Shown: positions 36,536-40,000 of the stretch, in pieces | How the letters are laid out: each line of letters starts with the position of its first letter | Numbering within the stretch: the stretch's first letter is position 1 | Sequence record: MN445183.1 | Direction: 5' to 3' (one strand) | Origin: Salmonella phage vB_SalM_SA002 | Length of the DNA: 40,000 nt | Notes under the pieces: model-generated | The model's database searches: none | What the model saw: the letters and a program-made list of their open reading frames with translations, nothing else | What the model was told of the DNA's origin: nothing | Translations under genes and position numbers: made by a program

Positions 36536-37336
36536 ATGGAACAACGAACGATCGGGATGTTGCCCATCTCGGTGGGTACGTCGTTGGCCTTTGAATCGTT
36601 GATTGCAACACCAACCCAACAGATCGACAACCTGATGCTTAACGTAGGAACGATTTTTCGTAATGCATATCAGGCGTATGAAACGAAAGATCGTGACCGC
36701 TTAACGGTCGATCAGCTGTATCAGGATGTCATCCAGGATCTGGGTGGTATTTACGAAGTGCTTAACCGTATCGGGAAAAACAAAAACCCGAACATGGTGG
36801 CGTATTACTGTAGCTACGCAGGTTTAGAGAAACGCTTTAAGCTGGCGAAGATATGGAAACCGGATACCCCGAAACAGTTGCATTATGCAGCGTTAGAGGA
36901 TCAGGTATTAAAGCGCCTATTAAGCCAACTCCGCGGTCATATCCGTTTATGTGACCACACCATCCCCAATGGGATACGTAATACTTATGTGCTCACTCAC
37001 CACATTGTAGACCTGGTGGTGCCGAAAGGATACGGCGAAATCACCCTGATCGAATCTCACACAGCGGCGCTGAAAGAGAAAGACCAGTGGTATACGAAGT
37101 TAACAGGAAGTAGTAAATTTGTACGTATTCCCTTTAATCCTTTGACGTTACAAGTCTTTGGTGATAATTCGACCAATTTTAAAGTTAACGACTTTAAGTA
37201 TAAAGTTGCAATACATGCGTTATCGGAGCAGTATAAATGGACTCCGATGACAACGGTAGAGCGAGTTAAATTAGGAATCGCAAGCGTGGCAGACGAATCG
37301 CTGCGTGAAAGCCTATCACTCATGCTTAACGCATAA
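36536..37336 (+). CDS. Hypothetical protein, 266 aa (MEQRTIGMLPISVGTSLAFESL...)
   Basis: ATG 36536 after AGGAGC. Confidence 0.8.
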   Translation: MEQRTIGMLPISVGTSLAFESLIATPTQQIDNLMLNVGTIFRNAYQAYETKDRDRLTVDQLYQDVIQDLGGIYEVLNRIGKNKNPNMVAYYCSYAGLEKRFKLAKIWKPDTPKQLHYAALEDQVLKRLLSQLRGHIRLCDHTIPNGIRNTYVLTHHIVDLVVPKGYGEITLIESHTAALKEKDQWYTKLTGSSKFVRIPFNPLTLQVFGDNSTNFKVNDFKYKVAIHALSEQYKWTPMTTVERVKLGIASVADESLRESLSLMLNA

Positions 37337-37365
37337 GCACAAGAAACAATAACAGGAGTTTTACA

Positions 37366-38103
37366 ATGGCACGTCCCCAGTTCACCCCACGCGAAAAGTC
37401 CTACCTGAACGACTGGAATATGGGTATGAAAGGCCCTCAGCAGAACGGTGCCCAGCATCCGTCTGAATTTAAAATGGTCATGGCCGGTAATCATGTCGCT
37501 ATCCAGATCGAAACCAAACTGCGCGACGCCAAGAACTATGGCCGCTTTGAAGTAAAAGTACCGTACATGTCAGCCATCGGTGTGTTGGTTACCATTGACC
37601 GCCTGCTGCGTGATCCGTCCAAAGCGAAGCTGTCGTACACCATGAAAGACTTCATCTTCTTCGGACCGGGCAAACGTTCTGACAACCCGATGGAGAAAGG
37701 TAAGCTGACTGTGGGTCGTGATACCGACGGCACTATCTACATGGGTCTGTCTGGTAAAGACATCACCCCAATCAAATTCCCGTTCGTGCCGGCGATGTAC
37801 GATGAGTGGGTTGATGAAAACGGCGCTCGCGTAGACAACGCACTTCAGTCAGAACTGGCTGCAACAGTGTTCTACGAAACCTATCGCGGCATGCTGCCAG
37901 TGATCGCAACCATGTACTACAAAGAACCTGAGAAGAAAGAAGGTCAGGGCGGTGGTCAAGGTGGTAATGGCGGTGGTAATAACTACGGTGGTGGTAACCG
38001 TGGTGGTAATAGCGGTGGCCAAGGTGGCGGTAGCAATGGCGGTTGGGGTGGTAACTCTGGCGGCGGTAATAGCGGCGGATTTGATGAGTCAATACCTTTT
38101 TGA
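37366..38103 (+). CDS. Putative single-stranded DNA-binding protein
   Basis: 245 aa; folded N-terminus, long Gly/Asn linker, C-terminal tip GGFDESIPF resembling the bacterial SSB tip DDDIPF. Confidence 0.7.
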   Translation: MARPQFTPREKSYLNDWNMGMKGPQQNGAQHPSEFKMVMAGNHVAIQIETKLRDAKNYGRFEVKVPYMSAIGVLVTIDRLLRDPSKAKLSYTMKDFIFFGPGKRSDNPMEKGKLTVGRDTDGTIYMGLSGKDITPIKFPFVPAMYDEWVDENGARVDNALQSELAATVFYETYRGMLPVIATMYYKEPEKKEGQGGGQGGNGGGNNYGGGNRGGNSGGQGGGSNGGWGGNSGGGNSGGFDESIPF

Positions 38104-38138
38104 TCTGATCCCGTCGTGATCTAACAATAATAGCAGTG

Positions 38139-38165
38139 GCAATTTGACAGGAGGGCTTCGGTCCT
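38139..38165 (+). terminator. ACAGGAGG-GCTTCGGT-CCTCCTGT hairpin
   Basis: 8-10 bp stem after the CDS. Confidence 0.6.
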
Positions 38166-38193
38166 CCTGTTATTACGATTAGGAGATGGGAAC

Positions 38194-38463
38194 ATGTTAC
38201 CTCAGTTTCAATGCATCAAAAAAGTACGGGCTGGTAAAATCGTAAAGATCACCAATACCGACAAAGGTGTTATCAAGCTGGACTTGTTTGTAGGTGAGGA
38301 TAAACCTTACGTCGAACAAGAAGTGACCCCAGGTTTCATGGCACAACATCGCCCAGAGGTTGGTGGGTACTTCGTGAAGTACAGCAGCGGCTACGAATCT
38401 TACTCGCCGGGTAAAGAGTTTGATGAAGGGTATGTACAGTTGCCTTCTGTGGTGCCATTCTAA
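38194..38463 (+). CDS. Small conserved-looking hypothetical protein, 89 aa
   Basis: Pattern VTPGFMAQHRPEVGGYFVKYSSGYESYSPGKEFDEGY is familiar from many phage hypotheticals. Confidence 0.7.
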   Translation: MLPQFQCIKKVRAGKIVKITNTDKGVIKLDLFVGEDKPYVEQEVTPGFMAQHRPEVGGYFVKYSSGYESYSPGKEFDEGYVQLPSVVPF

Positions 38464-38561
38464 GGATGCGTAAGCTATCAGGATTGTTACTGCAATTCAA
38501 ACTCATTCGCGCTGACACTGAATCCGTATGACAATCCTTTTAGCTTTGCTTATATGTCAGA

Positions 38562-38589
38562 GCCAGGGGTAACCCCTGGCTTTTATGCC
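38562..38589 (+). terminator. GCCAGGGG-TAA-CCCCTGGC then TTTATGCC
   Basis: 8-bp perfect stem. Confidence 0.85.
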
Positions 38590-38679
38590 CGTCATACCTG
38601 GGTCCTCTGTATTTTCTGACATATTGCTTACACTCTATAAGTGACCGTATTAATGATAGAAACCAATAAATTTTAAGGC

Positions 38680-38695
38680 CTACATTACTAATGTG
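38680..38695 (+). promoter_or_regulatory. Early-promoter-like motif CTACATTAC-TAAT-GTG
   Basis: CTAYATTAC-N4-GTG, about 40 bp before ATG 38721. Confidence 0.6.
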
Positions 38696-38720
38696 TGTAG
38701 TGTAAATAAGGACCCGTACG

Positions 38721-40000
38721 ATGCATCTTAGTTACTCCAGCAAACCTTCGACTACGGATATCTATCTGGCGAACATCTTTGTTAACCATAATGGTGAAGT
38801 CATTACGTTTAACCAGGACTCGTTCTTTAAGTCGGCACAAAAAGACCATCAAGGGACGTTCGATGAACTCAACGGTTACATTGCGGCGTATTTGAACCAA
38901 GCGCAACAAGACCAGATGTTCAGCGTCTATAAGCGTATCCGTTATATTCTGGATACGGAACAGCCAACACCCAAAGTGTTGTTGCCGTTATTACAACCGT
39001 TGGTGGCGGAATTGTACAGCCTGGTGAACATCAACGATGTGAACCTGTATATGTACAACAACAATCTGACACACATTCCGGCGGTCATTCCGGATGTGGT
39101 TTCACAAACGAAGGAGTACTCAAACAAAACAACGTACGTGAAATCAGATTACGTTAGGCTGGTCAACTTGGCTGTGCTGTTACACTTAATGGCACCGGTA
39201 ATTGCTGACTACGTTAATGCCGTAGGTGAAGTCACTGGTAAGCTGTTTAAGGAATCCGCAGCTCTGGCGTTGTTTAACTATGCAAACATCATGCATAGTG
39301 AAGAGATGCGCAAGGTAAAGGACTATGTCGAAGCGCATTGTGATAAAAAGCCGGTACCGTTATCAGCAACGTTAGGTGGGTTATCAGAAGAGAACTTCCC
39401 AAGCTGGATGTTGGCAAACGTGATCGCACGTCGGCTGTGCATTAACCACGTTCGTCGTGGTGATGACAGCGGACATCTGGTAGCACAGATTTACATGCAC
39501 ATTCAGTTCAACATCAAACTTGATGGTAAGTTTGGTGGCGGAGTAATGGCGAAGAATGGCCGTCATATGGCTGGCGATGACGAACAAGAAAAACCCGTTA
39601 TCGAAAGCTACAAGACCAAACAGGAAATCTACGAAACAGATATCCAGATTTGTGAAGACGGTTATGCGGATGCCTGGTTCGCAGCGCAGTTCTGTGACCC
39701 AACGTTACCGCGTGAAACGTTTGACATGTGTTTGAAGGCCATACCTAAACACTGGAACTTTGAACTGTCCGACCATGCATTGATGTTGATGCAGTGGGTT
39801 AATGCGAAGTTCACCACACCGAAGGCCATTGAGTATTTTGGTTATTCAGTGGATATGGTGGTGTTGGCAATTACGCAGGCAGTGTTGTGGCACAAGGGAT
39901 TCCCGCAGTTAGCAGCCATTGCGGGTACGTATCCGGCGGAAGTGATGAATGACGAATTACCGGTTCCTCAGCTTCCATTACCACAGAACACCAAAGCGGA
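38721..40000 (+). CDS. Hypothetical protein, incomplete at window edge (MHLSYSSKPSTTDIYLANIFVNHNGEVITF...)
   Basis: Open frame of more than 420 codons running off the window; absent from the ORF track because it has no stop here. Confidence 0.8.
   Translation, partial: MHLSYSSKPSTTDIYLANIFVNHNGEVITFNQDSFFKSAQKDHQGTFDELNGYIAAYLNQAQQDQMFSVYKRIRYILDTEQPTPKVLLPLLQPLVAELYSLVNINDVNLYMYNNNLTHIPAVIPDVVSQTKEYSNKTTYVKSDYVRLVNLAVLLHLMAPVIADYVNAVGEVTGKLFKESAALALFNYANIMHSEEMRKVKDYVEAHCDKKPVPLSATLGGLSEENFPSWMLANVIARRLCINHVRRGDDSGHLVAQIYMHIQFNIKLDGKFGGGVMAKNGRHMAGDDEQEKPVIESYKTKQEIYETDIQICEDGYADAWFAAQFCDPTLPRETFDMCLKAIPKHWNFELSDHALMLMQWVNAKFTTPKAIEYFGYSVDMVVLAITQAVLWHKGFPQLAAIAGTYPAEVMNDELPVPQLPLPQNTKA

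Noticed and set aside
1-40000. CRISPR arrays, insertion sequences, integrase, toxin-antitoxin or classical defence operons
   Set aside because: Looked for direct repeats with regular spacing, transposase-like ORFs and known defence motifs; none recognised.

Overview
This window is a segment of a jumbo-phage genome that looks like a phiKZ-like, nucleus-forming phage (Chimalliviridae type), probably infecting an enterobacterium. The host guess is inference. Anchors read from the sequence are: a tubulin/PhuZ-like GTPase (TAGGGSGS) at 14.4 kb; a divergent family B DNA polymerase C-terminal part (DTDS motif) at 20.1 kb; a very strongly codon-biased 690-aa ORF at 23.6 kb, probably the phage-nucleus shell protein chimallin; directly after it an RNA polymerase beta'-like N-terminal fragment (zinc-ribbon-like Cys cluster and NADYDGDE) at 25.8 kb; an SbcD/Mre11-like phosphoesterase at 35.4 kb; and an SSB-like protein ending DESIPF at 37.4 kb. 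Most other genes are small hypothetical proteins. The unusual part is the RNA locus at 5.9-8.2 kb. It has one canonical tRNA-Tyr. Next to it is what appears to be a circularly permuted tRNA gene, with the 3' half upstream of the 5' half and anticodon and acceptor stems that pair across the permutation. There is a second permuted candidate, a scrambled tRNA-half array, and two densely structured non-coding stretches. Two genome-wide signals also recur: a bipartite promoter-like motif CTAYATTAC-N4-GTG (8 sites), and terminator hairpins followed by TTTATGC. No CRISPR array, IS element or rRNA was found. Coordinates of short motifs were counted by eye and may be off by 1-2 nt.
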